A DNA stretch of 61,515 bases, filler included, from Choristocarpus tenellus KU-1152 (Eukaryota; Protista; Phaeophyceae), in NCBI GenBank assembly GCA_964200185.2. It is 10 parts of 10 records of this genome, joined end to end, with 100 filler letters (N's around TTAATTAATTAA, not from the genome) between each part and the next. Parts side by side here need not be neighbours in the genome. Positions count along the whole stretch, not along the records: positions 5,686 to 21,919 come from CAXNAD020000852.1; positions 22,020 to 26,549 come from CAXNAD020014130.1; 8 more parts are not named here. One strand, given 5' to 3'. Below are positions 13,201 through 25,219 of this stretch, one piece after another; position 1 is the stretch's first letter, and every line of letters starts with the position of its first letter. The notes under the pieces were generated by a model. That model did no database searches, was not told the DNA's origin, and saw only the letters and a program-made list of their open reading frames with translations. The translations under genes were made by a program, and so were the position numbers.

Positions 13201-16200
13201 GTCACATCCTTCTGAAAGGTCGAAGGGAGGTTCAAGGCATCCTTTTTATTGCAAAATGCTGTTCAAAAAGATGAATTTGCTCAAACCAGTATGTTATAAG
13301 GTGGATCTCAAATAGAATGCTTCATTGTTCTAGTTCTCCAATTTTGTGCTCAGATTTCATTGATGTATTCCCATTTCTATCTCTTGTTCGTTCCAATACA
13401 TGACATTACTGTTTTCAGGTTGTTGCTGTTTTCTTGGCTCCTCCATCCCAGTGCCAAAGATATTATTGAGAGTCATCTAGTCAGTAATACCAATTTGCAA
13501 AGATATCTCTACTCAGATATGTTCCTTTGTGCCCTTCCCTCGTCCAACTTCAGCACCAGGTTAATGATGCGAAGCGTGATGGAACCTTTGAAGACGGTAT
13601 CCTTTGCATCACAGGGAGGGAATGCATTCTGAGCAAACCAAGGCCCCTGACTTTACCAGAAGAGCTGAATATGGAACCTGGGTCATTGAGGGCACAATTA
13701 GTCGTGGTCAACTACTCTATCACATGGGAGGTGTGCCTTGGTCCAGAGTCACACAGGAGTGTCCATCATGTCATGGTCAAAGGAAGATAGCATGTACACC
13801 TCTACCCCAAACATAGCACTTCATGCTAGTTGTATCGGACAGATCGCACCGCTATATTCCATGCTAATACTTTGAATATCATCCCATAACTGGAACCTGA
13901 TGATTTGGCTAAATCTAGTCCACCTTAATTTTCGTCTGTTGTATTCCATACAACTTCTGGTTTTCTTAGTGCCCAAGTTTTATACTCTCACTCACATACG
14001 CAACATACTCAAGTCTTTCCTGGAATGAGCCAAAGTATCTTAGAGGGCAGAGCCGTGTCCATTTGGGGATCAAAATCCAATGTTGCGATTTTGATGAAAA
14101 TTTCGCTATTGTGTTTGCTAGAAAGTATCAATATCTATGTTTCGGACACACCTTTTCATAAAGTATACATTTTACCTACTCCTCAACATTTTGGAGTTGG
14201 AAAATGTTCACAAAGAAACCCATGCGAAGTCAAGCCCCAAATGGACAAACAAGGCAAAACTTGCACCCTCTAAGATACTTTCACTCAAATGCATAATGCT
14301 TATCACTATCAGGAGATCCTTCTTAAGTACCACGATGCCATGAAGAAGACTGCTGTGATTTCCAAGTTGACTGAGGAAAGACGAAATGCTATCCAAGAGG
14401 CGCAGGGGCTCCATGTGTGGAAAAAGGACCCATTGGCATCGAACTACACTGGATTCTGGTGCAACAACACCCAGTGGGATGGTGAACATCATGTGCTATT
14501 ATGCATCGACTACCCAGTAAGTGGCCATCTGTACTTCTTGCTCTAGTTATAGATGATGGGATTGTACCCATCTAGACTGGAATATCAATATTCGTCCTCT
14601 GACCACAATAACTTTACACTTTCCCCCTGATTAGTCGTTCGCGAGAGAAGTTCAATATTATATCATGCACTGTTCCATTCCTGGTCTGCCTAGAGCGCAA
14701 GTAGTCAGGTTACTGGTCTCAACGGTGGGATATCCATCTTCAAGGCTCTGCGAGGAAGGCTGCATAAGTCACGAGGCAACTTTATTACAAATAACCGCCG
14801 AAAGATCTCAGTGAAGCAAGCAAAGGAACTGTGGATATCAGACTTTAACCTGCAGGTAAGGTTGGGTTTTTTGGTGCAATGGTGTCATTCTACTGGTGCA
14901 ACTTCCCCAAATCAGAAAGGAAATAAAGTCCACCCCTCCTGATTTTATTTTGGGGGGATATAAACCTTGTCACTGCAGGGACTCTGAGCGAGGAATTGAC
15001 TGGTTTCTTCACTAGTCTTGTGGATCACATTTCAATCAAGAATTTTATTCATTCTGAGATAAGAGAGATTTCAATAAATATATTTCAATTAGCAGACTAT
15101 TCTCCTGTGTGTCTTCGCTCCAAATGTCTTTGCAATGCTTGGAGGTTAACATTCCTCATCTCGAGCACTGTGAAACGTTTTGAGTTCAGTCCATAATGCT
15201 GGATAGTTTCAACCTACGTATGATATGTTCCTAATATATACATTTATTCATTCGCAAAAGTATTGTTCACATGAAACCATTTACCTAATTATATTTTGCA
15301 GGCTCAGTATGTTTTTTTGTGCTGTGGTCTTGAAACCATCAGTGGATTCATATGCAGCTGTGATAGATTGCTTTGAAATTGTGGCAACTGGGTTCCATGA
15401 ACTCTAAAGGAACTCCTGTCATCCCTTGTCTCAGAACGCCAAAGATATTGCACTGAAAAAAGTTACTGTGCTGCAAGGCAAACTGCTGCCCATTTGGAAG
15501 TATGTTGAAACAACGTTGTACCACCAGCAGTCCAAGCGAGGTGCAGCCAATGGGTAAGTGTGCTCCTCTCATCCACTGATTGTTGTACTTTGTTAGAACA
15601 ATAATTCTTCTTTGTGGTAGCCTGTTAAACGGGTTGCTGCCATGACCTTAGGTGGAATATTTTATCTTCTTGGGAATATTTGCCGCATAAACCGTCAAGT
15701 AGAACTACCAACAGACCAACACTCATATTGAGAATCATATTGGTGGCAGCTGGCGATTGTTCAAAGTGATACTATGTGTACGTTGTTTACTGCATATTTT
15801 GAGTGGGAAATTAACATCGTGAGTTAGCACCTGTCGAATGGACATGTTGACTATGAGAGGAAGATGATGAGCACAGCTTGTATCAAAGCTTTAGATGTGC
15901 ACATGCCTAGGAAGACTGCGCCATGTACAACCTGCGTTCACATTATGAGGGGTCCAGGTGGATCACTGGTGCACTTTTCTTCAAGGTTACCCCCAAGGGT
16001 CTTGACTGCACTTTGGGCTTTTGTGTCGTGATTTTGAAACTGGAGACCGCCTTGATTCAAAATTTAAGTTTGGCTCTTGACATTTCATTGTGTGATTCTT
16101 TCATAAAAAAATACGAGGTAATGACCTGTACCCCATCTGTTATAGAGCTGTCACTTGTTTTGTAAGCCTTTGCTGATGCCAGAAGCTGAGGTTCACCTGT

Positions 16201-16340
16201 TGTGGATGGTGGAATATTCTTTAACAACTTCACCATCTCTGACCGCCTAATGCTTCTTTGTCAGTAATTTTCCATACAGGTGCAAGGTGGTTCTGGTGCA
16301 ACCCAAGAAACTGAGGCCTACAGTAGTTGTGGTTGATGAG
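7241..16340 (+). CDS. SBNO: Strawberry notch (SBNO/Sno) family helicase-like protein, C-terminal half
   Basis: Phase-consistent exons 7241-7345, 8612-8679, 9065-9182, 9859-10029, 10898-10945, 11612-11695, 13554-13730, 14313-14516, 14694-14855, 15410-15553 and 16280-16340. Diagnostic motifs: [68 protein letters not shown] and [10 protein letters not shown]. The N-terminus is not on this contig and the last exon is unresolved. Confidence 0.93.
14027..14286 (+). mobile_element. MITE family A (about 260 bp, Sola2-like ends), intronic copy
   Basis: TIRs GAGCCAAAGTATCTTAGAGGG and CCCTCTAAGATACTTTCACTC. Flanks are GAAT/AAAT (4-bp TSD with one mismatch). Homologous to copies at 36368, 37111 and 48175. 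Confidence 0.88.
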
Positions 16341-16407
16341 GTATGTGCAATATAGGCTAAGTAGCCTCTATTGTTTATACCTGTTTAGTGACCGGCACTA
16401 TACAACA

Positions 16408-16480
16408 GAAATGTTGACTGAGTGGAGTAAGTGTCAATGACTTGTTTCCGTGTGATTAGAGTCATAGGTTCGAATTTCGG
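16408..16480 (+). mobile_element. Degenerate tRNA-like head (possible SINE)
   Basis: A-box-like TGACTGAGTGG and B-box-like GTCATAGGTTCGAATTTC at tRNA-like spacing. No intact cloverleaf. Confidence 0.35.
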
Positions 16481-16638
16481 TGGATTGATTTCTTGTTACT
16501 TGATGTAAGTGGTCGACGGAGGATAAATGAAGTAGTGTGACTGACACAAGCACATTTTTGATATGTCTGCTGACGTGCACAATAGTAATAAGAGAGAGCA
16601 CCCCTACACCGAGGGCAGTGCTCACTCTGCTAATAAAT

Positions 16639-16985
16639 ACATCCATACCACATAAAGCAAAGACTCGATAGGAAAGCTCTCTTTTCCATAGTTTATGAGC
16701 CTCATTGGTATGTAAGCGGACCTCCGTGGAGCTTGGGAGAAGTGTGTACGCGCTGCGTTCCCCAAGCGATGTGTCAGCCGTGGTGCAGAAATGCGGTATG
16801 CTGGTTGGAGGATCCGGTATATTCCCTTGCCGCCCAGATAGCTCACTAGCGCCATCCGTCATTCTGCCCAGTTCTCCCTTGTATGCCCCCGCGCTCCACT
16901 CCATAGTGGCAGCATACGGAGGTCCGACATCCATACCACATAAAGCAAAGACTCTATTGGAATAGCTCTGTTTTGCGTAAGGTAC
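16639..16985. repeat. About 50-bp direct repeats 288 bp apart enclosing an 11-bp inverted-repeat-bounded segment
   Basis: ACATCCATACCACATAAAGCAAAGACTC occurs at 16639 and 16927. CGGACCTCCGT (16717-16727) is the reverse complement of ACGGAGGTCCG (16916-16926). Confidence 0.85.
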
Positions 16986-17299
16986 GCATACGTCTGTAAA
17001 TGTGTGGAGGCTCAAGGTGGTACAAAGGGAAATAATAGCAGGATAAAGCGGTGAAGTTGTGGAGTGCTGGGAATGGAAGTTTCGTCGTGACCATGGCGCA
17101 CTCTTTGTGTATTAGTTCCTACTAGAAGCATTGACCAGCAGAGGGGAAAATTCCACATTTTCAGATTTATTTGAGTTCTGGGCGACAGCTGAAGATACTT
17201 TGAAACTCAGACTAGGAAAGGTCGTAAGTTTGTAGTTGAACATGTGATTACCCTTATAATCCCAGCAAACTCTTGTGAGTATGACTTGATCCAAATGTT

Positions 17300-17600
17300 C
17301 TTCATTTGTGTAGTGTGTCGCTCTCACCTGTATAATAGGTGGACTCTGTCGTTGATGATGAGGAACCTGGACATGTAAAAGATGAAGACCAGTTTGTTGC
17401 CCTTGCTCTTCCACTGTGCCTGAGCCATATGAAGATTGCGAAGCTTCTCGACAATCTCGAGTCAGGAGGTTAGTATGTTGAGGATGAGAGGACTTGACAA
17501 GGTATGGGTAATTCCTCATCCAAGGATAAACGTAATGCGGTTGTCTCAGGAAAGTGATTGCCTTGTTTTGACAGTGCTTGGCATTAGAATAGTGGTATAA
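17300..17600 (-). mobile_element. Highly decayed LTR-retrotransposon integrase relic (gypsy-like)
   Basis: Frameshifted fragments LSKQGNHF, GITHTLSSP, HPQHTNLLT and RLSRS resemble the integrase core SDQGxxF...GIxHxxSxxYHPQTNGxxER. Confidence 0.35.
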
Positions 17601-20133
17601 ATGTGGTGTCTATCTCGGTTATGAAGAAGGCACATTGCTTCTGTAGTCTAGAGCATCGAAATATTTCTGTGAAATTGACTGCCAAGGTTATACAGTTATA
17701 TAGTTATTTCAACCACTCAGTCAAAGTAGAAGGTATGTTTGTGATTACTCAATGAATTTCACAAATTTTCTTACGCTTATTTCAAATTTTGTGAAACGCC
17801 CATGCCTTAAGAGCTCACTTGGTTTTGATCTGTATTGTTATAGTCTTATTTTGTTGACCTTATTTTGTAGGGACGACTGCCTTTTTCGTGGTTATGATAT
17901 ACTTGTTGCCACTCTATGTAACAACTCAACCTAGCACTTCTTTTTCCATCTACCCACCTGCAGCACTTTCGTCACTAGGTGATATCCCCAGAAAATGTAA
18001 GAGGATTCATTAGGCTGAGATCTCCAGGGTGGCATGATTCCAAGAAGTGGAACCCTTCTGTTGCAAATTGGCCGACCAAAAACTCTTCTAATGGACAGGA
18101 ATCTAAGAGATGTATGATCTGATTTGGTGGTGTTTCAAGAGCTCACATGTGGGGAAAATACGATGTTGTACTGTGTTGGTCTCACTTACTGGGATGGTGA
18201 GCACATCAAGACTTGAGGCATGCCAGTGTTGTGCCAAGTTTATAGGGACAGTGTATTTATACTGCAATAGTTGGAAAGATCGACCAGCCTTGCAGCTTTT
18301 TGTGGATATCCTCTCTAGAGAATTGAATAGTTGAGAGGAGTGTAGAAATCAGCATCACAAACCGAAGAATTTATTGCACGTAGGTGGGATGAGCTTTATC
18401 CAATGCCATAGGAGCTATTTGGCAACCAGCTTCTGATATTTATCTTGCTACTGTTGTGACCTCCGTTGTTGTAGGGAGTACCCTGACGAAGATATAGATA
18501 TGGAATAGTTTCTTTTTAGAGGATTCTCTTTGTTTTGCTCCACATTTTCGTGCAGATCTTCATAGCTTTCAAAATGTTGCTGGTTTCGTTCGAGGTGTTT
18601 TTTAATATGTGCATGATACACAAAATTGGTACAATGAGACCTAGAGGAAAGTCGCCCAACATACTCTCTACAAATCCTAGATTCGAAGATGAATAGTACA
18701 TCCTGACTATTTCAGGACCAACTCAGCGTTTGGTACAGATGTGTGATGGAAGAAGTCAAGTCCTCTGTGATCGCATGTTTTACCAACCAGGTGGGTGTGA
18801 AGATGACTCATCACGAATACCACCAATGGTTGTCAAACACCCTGGCTTGCTTGGTAGGCCCTACTGATTGTTGCATTGGTAATGGGGCATAGTGACTGCT
18901 GTAGGATTGATGATTCGATACCTGCGCTTGTATCTATGCACACTAGATAGGTGTCCGTAACTGGGCTTTCTATTACTTTTGATGGCAATGGTGATGATGT
19001 TGACTAATTTGATGCGATCAAATGGACCTCTTCCTCCTAGTTTTGGTTAGTTTTGCTTTTTTTGTTTAATTCTTATTTTATCTTCTCTTTTGTATGACTT
19101 CTGACCCTAGGTCCATGAAAGTCGAACTGTTGTATGAAGATCTTAGTAGCTATAGCTAGATACGAGGTGGTAAATATTCAGAATTATTGCCAGGCACGCC
19201 CCTCCCCTTCTTGCCCTAGTGCTATCTTCCACCTGCAGTCCATCAAATTTTGGTGCACAGCATTTTGTTTCTATGCTGTCTGTGAGGACTCTGGACTGCG
19301 GTGCCATACTTTCTAGTCCAGAATTCCCAGTTGATCGATTTTTGAAGCAACCTATAAACCCACACTCATGTATACTTAGCTCTCTTTATATTTGCAGTCA
19401 CGAGCCCAGATCCCCCCTGTGCTCTCCTCCTGGTAGTGCTCCGCACTGTGGATGCTTTGTGGTGGATATTCTCCTCTTTTTACTCCAGAACAGCCCCCAC
19501 AGGTTTACCCTGGCACAACCTCCCCACTGTCCCTTTTCTCTGGGACTGCTGAACCACTGTGGGTACTATTATCTGGTGGAGTGTTCTTTCCGATTTCCCC
19601 AGGGGCAGGCCCCTCTCATTAGCTACTCACAGCATTTCGCCCTACAGTACCCTAGTCTGTCCTTAGGATGTCCGAAGTAGGCCATTACAGTATAGATTTC
19701 TTACATCCGATACCCTATTCCTGCCTTTTTTGTTAGGGGGGTCGTACAATGGCGATATTTTTCTTGTGTGTGTGTAATGGGGCCTCGTTGCTCACCACAA
19801 TTTATTGCAGTAGTTTGTTTAGATGAACACCCAGAGTTGTTTTCATGTGTGTGTGACTCACTCCGCCGAATGTTCGAAGTGAGATCGAGGGGATTCCTTG
19901 GTCTGTTGATGGGGGTGGGGTGTGTGTTTTGAGCTGCAGAATAAAATTGCTACTTTTTTGAGGGCCTGAAGAGGTTTTGTGCGGGTTGGATGGTTATGGA
20001 CATTGGGGTGTGATACAGTATATCAGGAGATTGTGTATGTACAAGTAGAAATCTAGTCCAAGTGTTGGTGGGATAGTCAGTAGAGGATTGTGTATGTATG
20101 TATTATTTGCAACGTGGAAGAGATCATTTTCAG

Positions 20134-21908
20134 GCAGTAGATGACATCAACATCACACATACCAGAGTTGGAAGGAAGGATCGATAGATTGGTTTGCACA
20201 TACACACACACAATTTGATCTTTTTGAAACATGACAGTTTTATTTAAAATTCTCCAATTGACTATCTGGACTTCGCCTCTCCTAAACCTAGTTTGGGAAG
20301 TAAAATGGGTCTTGATGCAACAAATAAAATACTACCTGAAACCCAGCGCAATTGGAGCGAAAAAATACGAATGAATGAAGAAATTATAAAAAATTGACAG
20401 CATTTATTTGGAAAATGTTGTAAGAGTAATTAAGCGTATTGGGAGTCTGAGTCTATTACAGATGATGGTAAAAGGATAATCTTGGATGTGATGAGAGGCA
20501 TGAAGTACATACACGCCAATAAGATTGTACATGGAGATCTCAAGTCTCAGAACATTCTACTTGGTGGCAAGAAAAGGGCAAAGGTAAGCCTGAGAGCAAA
20601 TTTCTATTGAAGAAAGCATTGCCTTTGTTCTCCTTGATTAATTCTATCAAATTAGAGACAGTGCCACACCCAACTCTAGACTTTTTTCAAGGACCAATGC
20701 AGAACAGCTTGCAACTAAATTACAAAAAAAATCGCGACACGAAAAAATTGACCCCAAATGGACAGCCGCTACCCCCCCCCCGAGATACTTTGAGCCATTA
20801 GTGTGAATGTGAATTGTTTTCTCGTCCTGATATTCTGTTAATGATGGTTCCGATCGTTGAGTTGGTCTTGTCTAAGAATATGCAATGACATGAAAGACTA
20901 GTTCCCTTTTAAAAAAATGTTCTTGAGGTTTATATCTGGTATGTCTTTCAGTTGATTGTTTCAAATCTGCACATGTAAATGTGCATCATGTTACACAATT
21001 GGTCGTTTTTGGATGTTATGACCTCGCAGAGAAGTAACATACCCATGTTTAGGTGTTGTGCTTTCATGTATACTTCACAACCACATACGAACTGAAGCAT
21101 GGTGTGTTTCTTGAACAAGTGTTTTTGAGTTCTTTTACTGCGTAGTTATCAAAAAAAGAATCGGGTGTATTGTGAGATATGATGACAAATCTGTTTTTTC
21201 CCTTTTTTGTACTCTGTGTAATGCCTACTGTAAAAAAAAATGTTTGTTCAGAATTGTGAAATTCATACATCACTAGATGTTGGAGCTACCCCCCTTGTTT
21301 CTTTATTCTGCCAAACGGATGTTCATTGTGTTCCTCACAGGTTGCAGACTTTGGACTAGCACGAGTTGTGAAGATCACTAGAATGAGTAAACAGAAAAAG
21401 GCAGGAGGGCGATCTAACCCGTATGCAGCTCCAGAAGTGTGGGAAGGCAAAAACAGCAGAGCTAATGATGTTTTCAGGTAGAGAGGTTATAGAGCCCTTT
21501 TGAATATCTTATTGTCAGAAGCAAAGGCTTGCATTGCAGGTGATCTTGCCTATGCTGGACCTGTTTTTTTAATGGGGTTACACTGTTGTGCGAAGCATAA
21601 TGTAGTTGTATTGTGTCGTATTTACTTGCTCTTCACTTCCAATTCTTCATTTTGGAGAAATGATGACATTCTGTGTAATGCTTTCACCCCTAATCAGCTG
21701 GTTCTTTATTCCATGATTGTAAACACAACTTTGCCATTGTGTTGTGGGAGGTGCTTACCCGGGAAAAACCTTGGAATGACTTGGAGGAGGACATTGCAAC
21801 TGGGTGAGACATATGTCACCGAGGAAGGCGCCCTTCACTGCCTACAACTTCACCTGAGTGTTTAAGGGAAGTTATCTCTAAGTGCTGGGCTCAGGAGCGG
21901 GAAGACAG
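20134..21908 (+). pseudogene. TKL-type protein kinase pseudogene
   Basis: Exon ending 20583 (RGMKYIHANKIVHGDLKSQNILL), exon 21341-21477 (VADFGLAR...YAAPE...DVF) and exon 21729-21908 (FAIVLWEVLTREKPW...RP...CWAQ). The last exon has an AA acceptor and an in-frame TGA at 21805. The N-lobe region has stops and an apparent deletion. Confidence 0.82.
20725..20796 (+). mobile_element. MITE family B, right-end fragment
   Basis: AAAAATCGCGACACGAAAAAATTGACCCCAAATGGACAGCCGCTACCCCCCCCCGAGATACTTTGAGCC matches the right ends of copies at 36094, 37366 and 40896. Confidence 0.75.
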
Positions 21909-22372
21909 GTTCACATTTGNNNNNNNNNNNNNNNNNNNNNNNNNNNNNNNNNNNNNNNNNNNNTTAATTAATTAANNNNNNNNNNNNNNNNNNNNNNNNN
22001 NNNNNNNNNNNNNNNNNNNGGGGGCAGATTATCTCTTGTAGGCAAAAGAGATCAACCATTCTACCATGTCTGCTTGAAAAAGCAAGTTCATAGCCATGGT
22101 AGGCAACTAAACGGGTACCAGGCAGTCAAAAAGAGACTAAATTATATAGGAACACCTCTACAGATGAGAAACATTTAGTGAATAAAACAAAAGGGTCAGG
22201 ACACAGGACTAGTAGTAGTAGTAGTAGAGCATCAAAAGCAACACCTATAGACCAATAGTATATATCCTTCATATCGGACTCACCAAATAGGATACACTTG
22301 ATCCCCTATCTCCTCAAGTCCCATCAGTCTTGGCGACAGAGCAATTTACTACATACACCCAAGAAAAGTAAC

Positions 22373-25219
22373 CTTGTTGATTAGAGTCACCTTATCATCG
22401 CCGCCACTTGAGGCAGCGTATGCCCTGACCGCTGGGGCAAAGGCATGCGTCGCATAGGCCTGGAGGACAGCAAAGACAGAGCTGCTGGAGGGAGGCACTG
22501 GCGCCCCCCCCGCCCTTCCTGGCCTGGCACTTGTAACGGCATCTTCTGCTTCAGCACTCTCCTCTGTGGCTGACCCAGGGAAAGTCATGACCTGTGAAGA
22601 GGGGTTTTCAAAAATATATATATATATATATTATACGAAAGAACAAGATTTAATCCGTTCTTGGACAGGGTTTGTGTGTGGGGGGGATGCGGTTAGAACG
22701 AAGACAGGGTGTCTACACAAAAGAACTTTTGTAGTCGTGATTTGAAGTGCGTCTGGAGATATGAGAAAAAACGTCAATGAGATATGAAGCTTGTCATTGC
22801 AATCAACTACCCAGCCAAAGTGTCAAAAAAAAAAAATGATCCAGTTTCGAGGGAGAACCGTTAGCGTCTTTTTTCAGGGTGTGTTGGAAACTTGACTGAG
22901 TAAGTCAAGTGCAGCGACATACTTATCACAGTTTCAATTTATCATGACATGCAAATGAAAATCGGACCACAATAACGCCTTCATGACAACATCCAAAAAA
23001 TAGAATAGTACTGACTTTTTCATAGCATTTTTTATCTTTATTGGAGCTAGGGCTAGGGCTAGGGCTTAGTTCAGAGCAACATTTCAGACGACAGCATTGA
23101 GACCCAGTGGTTACAGTGGAACCCAAACACAGCATACAGTGTGGAGGTATGTATACTCAAAAACCCAAGACAGGCAGAGATAGGGGGTGTGGGGTCTAGG
23201 GTTAAGGTAGTTTGTATTTGATAAAAGATGCTAAATTTCTCACCACTGGGCAACGTACAGTTCCTCAAAAGCTTTTTTTAATGGCAACATTTTCATCTGT
23301 ACAATAACTGGACACGGACACAATTTGCATTAGAATTTTGTGCAAAAGGTCAAAGAAATTTCTCACTTCAAAAAAAAATCTTGTCGATAAGAATGGCTCC
23401 AAGGGTTCCGAGATTGGTATTGTGAAGCACGAAAGTCGCAAATAGTCTGTAACCATTACTATTGTTATCGTAAATACCATTATTTTTGTTACTATTACCA
23501 CTACTGTTATATTACTAGATTATATTACTATATTAATATTATTATTACAACCTCACAAAACTCCGAAGGGTCTCAGATGCGTGGTCAAAAAGGAAGAGTA
23601 GAGGAGGAGAAAGCACACTGATGTAGCAAGAGAGCCTAAAAAGGACAGAGCACAGATTGGTTTGTCGCCTGATCACGATAAAAGAAGTTGTCTAAATACA
23701 AAAACACACAGTTGGGAACTTCATACAGCCAAGCAAGCAGCAAAGTCAGAAGAACAGATATGTGACACACACATGTATCATTTCTTATATAAACCCTCGA
23801 AAACCTAGGAAATGTTAAAAAAAAAAATCGAGTATTGCCATTATACCCTAGCAATGGCAGGGAATCCTGTAGAAGAAAAAAAAAGACAAAATATTAACGA
23901 GAAAAAGGGAGTGTCCTGCACCCAGAGAGGCTTTTCTGTTTTTAGAAACATTTACAGATGAAAATCACAAATCTTAAAGTGGGAAAAGAGCAGTATTCTC
24001 AAAATATCATTATCACTCAACCACCGTCCCCAGAATTGCAACAAGCAGGGAACCCCTATATCAAGGGCGATAGAAGGGAAATTATTGACAGGAATGACAA
24101 GGTCAGCATGGTTAGGCGCAAGCCGCAAGATTGAGTTTGACGACCTTATTGTTGAGAAGGAGCAGGGATCCAGTGTTGATTTACATCATAATCTGGTTGA
24201 GTACTACAAAATCAAAAAACAAAATAGGCAAGTTGGCGGGAGGTTGGACAGAGAAGAAAGCAGATGCTTTCCCTCCAAATCAATGCTTAGAAAATGAGGG
24301 GTTTATACGTTCTCGAGATTTGCTCGTGACAGCATAACATGGGCAGTCATGGACATAAAACTTACCCAACGAGCAACTACTGTCGAACAAATACAAGATC
24401 CATAACCCCATGATAACAGCGCAACACTGAGCAAACCTCAAGCTACAGATCACAAGCAAAAAACATTAAAGCCTAAATATGATTCCCCTCACGTAAAACC
24501 CCCTTCTTGCCTGCAGTTGCGCTCGCAATGCCCGCTGTCCCTTTGGTTCCAGCGCACCAGGAGCCCTCTTGATGATCACAACACTCGCCACATCCTCAGA
24601 GTGTCTAGCATCCAGGCCAAGCCAGAAGCCCCCCACCGCCACACTCCGCAAGCTCTCCTCGCCCGGCTTCCCCTCTTTACCATCTTCCGCTCCCCCGCCT
24701 ACTTCCCCCCCTGGGTTAGAGACCACCAACCCTGGCCCTGTCAATCCGGTCGGAGCCGTAGTCAAGGAGTTGCCATCCGGCAACTCCACGAATAACGCAG
24801 AGGACTGCGCATCTGACGAGAATCTTTCAAAGATTGCAAGAAAATGGCAAAAATTGGGGAAACAGAAGAATAAAACAAGGGATGCCGAAGAAGTTGGGGA
24901 GCAGCTGTAGAAGAGCATGTTCGAGAGGTTGAAGCTGAGAAGGTGAGACACACCAACAATCGTTCTTCCTACAGCCTTCTGACCACTCCACGATTCTCTC
25001 CCAGGCTCCAGGAGCGCACCATACGCCGAAAATGCACACGATTTGTTAAGATACCAATACTCACCGTGTGATTAATGCGGTTGCGTCAGCACTATTCAGT
25101 GCCTGTCGAAAACCGAAATCATCCCCACCCAAGCCCAACAGGACAGGGCATATCGATCCTAGGTACTCCTTCAGGTCGCTGATCCCCTCCTCTTGGGCGA
25201 GCTCACCAGATACATCCAT
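22373..25219 (-). CDS. DYNC1H1: Cytoplasmic dynein 1 heavy chain, first three exons
   Basis: Exons 25219-25065 (MDVSGELAQEEGISDLKEYLGSICPVLLG), 24823-24511 (RFSSDAQSSALFVE...VVIIKRAPG...LRAQLQ) and 22591-22373 (VMTF...FAVLQAYATHAFAPAVRAY; alternative donor at 22391). They parallel the recalled dynein-1 N-terminus (KFLSDPQVHTVLVE, AFIKRTP, SQLRVLTL, LHSFISNAVAPFFKSY). Confidence 0.8.

Noticed and set aside
15860-15957. Additional SBNO exon
   Set aside because: The acceptor is weak and inclusion breaks phase with exon 16280, whereas 15553 joins 16280 in frame.
16434-17015. 193-aa minus-strand ORF with a repeated RVFALCGMDV
   Set aside because: The repeated peptide simply reflects the DNA direct repeat. 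There is no recognisable domain.
21805-21807. Selenocysteine codon in the kinase
   Set aside because: It is not a Cys-equivalent position, no SECIS is visible, and other inactivating lesions are present.
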